This document shows, piece after piece, positions 62,155 through 64,000 of a stretch of 64,000 nucleotides of DNA. Numbering within the stretch: the stretch's first letter is position 1; every line of letters begins with the position of its first letter. The position numbers and the translations under genes were made by a program. The stretch is from Nitrospirales bacterium (GTDB lineage: Bacteria > Nitrospirota > Nitrospiria > Nitrospirales > UBA8639). The notes under the pieces were generated by a model. That model worked only from the letters and a program-made list of their open reading frames with translations. It had not been told where the DNA came from and searched no databases. The stretch lies in contig CBDBCZ010000018.1 of assembly GCA_965203295.1 (NCBI GenBank), forward strand, positions 1 to 64,000, given 5' to 3'.

Positions 62155-64000
62155 TCACTCAATGTTCCTCCACGGGAGGTTATCTGGGTCAAGGGCGAGA
62201 TCTGGATATTCAGACTGTGGTAGTCCATCTAGGAGGGTCTGCAAGTCTCTCTTCAAGTGTTGGGGTGTGGTGATTTGATAGTCAGGGGACATCCGCTGGT
62301 TCTGTGGTTTGTTTAGAGTGTATTCACGGAATCTGCAGGTGGAGTATACACAATTAATTGCATAGGTACTTTACTTTAATTAAGTGTTGTTTACATACCT
62401 CGCCTCAAACTCAAGCACTCTAGTGCTGTCTCCTTTGAGTAGCTCCAGGGGGGTGTAGTTTGAGAGTATTATTGTGAAACCTGCATACCTAACAGTGGTT
62501 TGTCCCTGCAGTTTCTTTGCAACTCTGATCTTGTTCTTTGGTCCACCCTCTGTAATCATGTTAAATTCTGGGGGAGGGATACTGGATATCAGGTGGATGT
62601 GTGCTTCATCAAGTAGCCATATAGCATCTGATGCTTTCTGGCCAAAGGCACAGGCTGTGAAAGCTGAACTGTGCTCTGCTGCAACGTTAAAGCAGCGTGG
62701 ATAAAACACACTCTCCAGCAGCTCCTTAAAGGTGGTTTTCCCAGCATTTGGGACACCTTTTATGAAAATCTGCTTAGCCTTTCTCACTCTGGGGTACATG
62801 TATGTTGATAGATGGGTAATGAGCATCTTTGCTTCTCTGGGAGACATCCTTGCTCTAAGCCAAGCGCACAACTCAGCTTGTGCAACCCCAGGTACATAGG
62901 GTCCCTTGGGTGAAGGTGGAGCAGAATCAAAAGAGTCCTCGTTTAGGTCTCTATCTATCTCTTTGATCTTTGCATCACTGAACATGAATCCAAGGGGATT
63001 ACTCTCTTTCCATCTAAGTGAGGTAAGCACTGATCTAGGGTCTCTGTGTTTGGTGCCACTTTTGCCAGGGGCTTTCTTGCACTGGTGGTATACAAACTTC
63101 ATGGCAGTTATTTCCTGTCTTTGTTTGAGGGTACACCCTGATTCTGCCTCACCCAATATAGGGTTTTCTGGTGGGGGAATAGGTGTGGTTTCTAGAGGTG
63201 TCACTGTTTCGAGAAGAATAGGGTGTTGTCTCTGTGCCACCTCTGAGAGCCAATAGGTGAGGTGTTGGCTGTATACAGCTATTTTACATGTAAACTTGCT
63301 CTCTAAAGAGCCTAGAGTCCGCATAGAGAGGTGGCTTCTTTTGTTGGCAGCTGTTTTTATGGTGTAGGCAAGTATCTTCTCAGCATGTGATTGGGTTGAG
63401 ATCATAGGATCTCCTGGGCCTTTCTGTTTCATTGCTTTCTCCCTGATGTGGGTGTTGTTCACTTGTATGTGTATGTGATCACTAGCATGGTATTTGGTGA
63501 GCTTAGGTTTGTAATGGTGTCCCATTGGTACTTGGCCTCTGTTGGCCAGCATCATGAGCCCAATGTGTATGTGGGCATTTCCCTTGAGGGTTGGCTTTGA
63601 GACTGCTGCATACCCAGAGGCCATTTCGTCTGCTGCTGCTGCTGTGTGGTGCTCAGTCTGCAGGGGGGGGGACTACATCAGGTTCTTGAGGCTCTTCCTT
63701 CTTCTTGCTTCTCTGCTTGCCCGGGTGTGTCTCTATACAACTGCTGTAAACTAGTGGGATGGCATTTATCTCTCTCATCATTGCTTCAAGGTTGTTTTGT
63801 ATGTGTGGCAGGCTGAGGACTGCCCTCATGTATGTTTCAGGTGTAGCCATATTCACAGAGGATGTAATGGTAATAAAGGCACAGTGGAACTGGTGCCCCA
63901 GGTTGTCTCTCTCTGCACCCTGTATTCCAGCTATGAGGTGGTGGTGGGTGAGGTCCCAGGTTTTGCATCTTTTGTCATTACATTTAGGTGTGACTGACAA
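62155..64000 (-). CDS. Rolling-circle Rep/NS1-like protein (HUH endonuclease plus SF3 helicase), 5' partial, one intron (62398-62333), frameshift at the homopolymer near 63665
   Basis: AFITIT (motif I-like), HIHIG (HUH), YTIK (motif III), GVPNAGKTT (Walker A), WLLDE (Walker B) and IILSN (motif C). Splicing gag|gtatgt...ctgcag|a restores EAR|F and adds 58 aa. Confidence 0.85.

Noticed and set aside
62155..64000. Helitron
   Set aside because: The helicase motifs are SF3 (Walker A/B and motif C within ~100 aa), not Pif1/SF1.

Overview
Repeat-dense, probably heterochromatic or subtelomeric eukaryotic DNA. It looks like an invertebrate metazoan (short GT-AG introns, TTAGGG-type repeats), and I see no ordinary host gene. 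The backbone is a head-to-tail series of up to four large, diverged tyrosine-recombinase (YR, Crypton-like) units: A ~5.8-30.5 kb, B ~30.5-39.0 kb, C ~45.4-52.7 kb (partial) and D from ~52.7 kb (its gene is not seen). The shared plan is: internal satellite, a conserved ~150-bp block with a dif/lox-like inverted repeat, a spliced gene, and a motif cluster at the right end. Across the copies the gene carries a SETD8-like SET domain (B), a UBZ finger (B, C), a C2H2-like finger and PIP-box (A, B, C), and a YR domain with a Myb-like tail (complete in A and B). The right ends of A and B abut CCCTA(A/T)CC. Nested in this backbone are three intron-containing piggyBac elements, two piggyBac MITEs, a 6-kb P-element-like transposon with a 9-bp TSD and an intact convergent HIRAN gene, two defective Gypsy LTR elements, a Penelope-like RT/GIY-YIG element preceded by (CCCTAA)n, and a truncated IS630/Tc1-like transposase. 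The window begins with the right end of a CACTA-type element. It ends in a compact virus-like cluster: a spliced HUH+SF3-helicase Rep plus at least four ORFans. All calls were read by eye from motifs; no searches were run.
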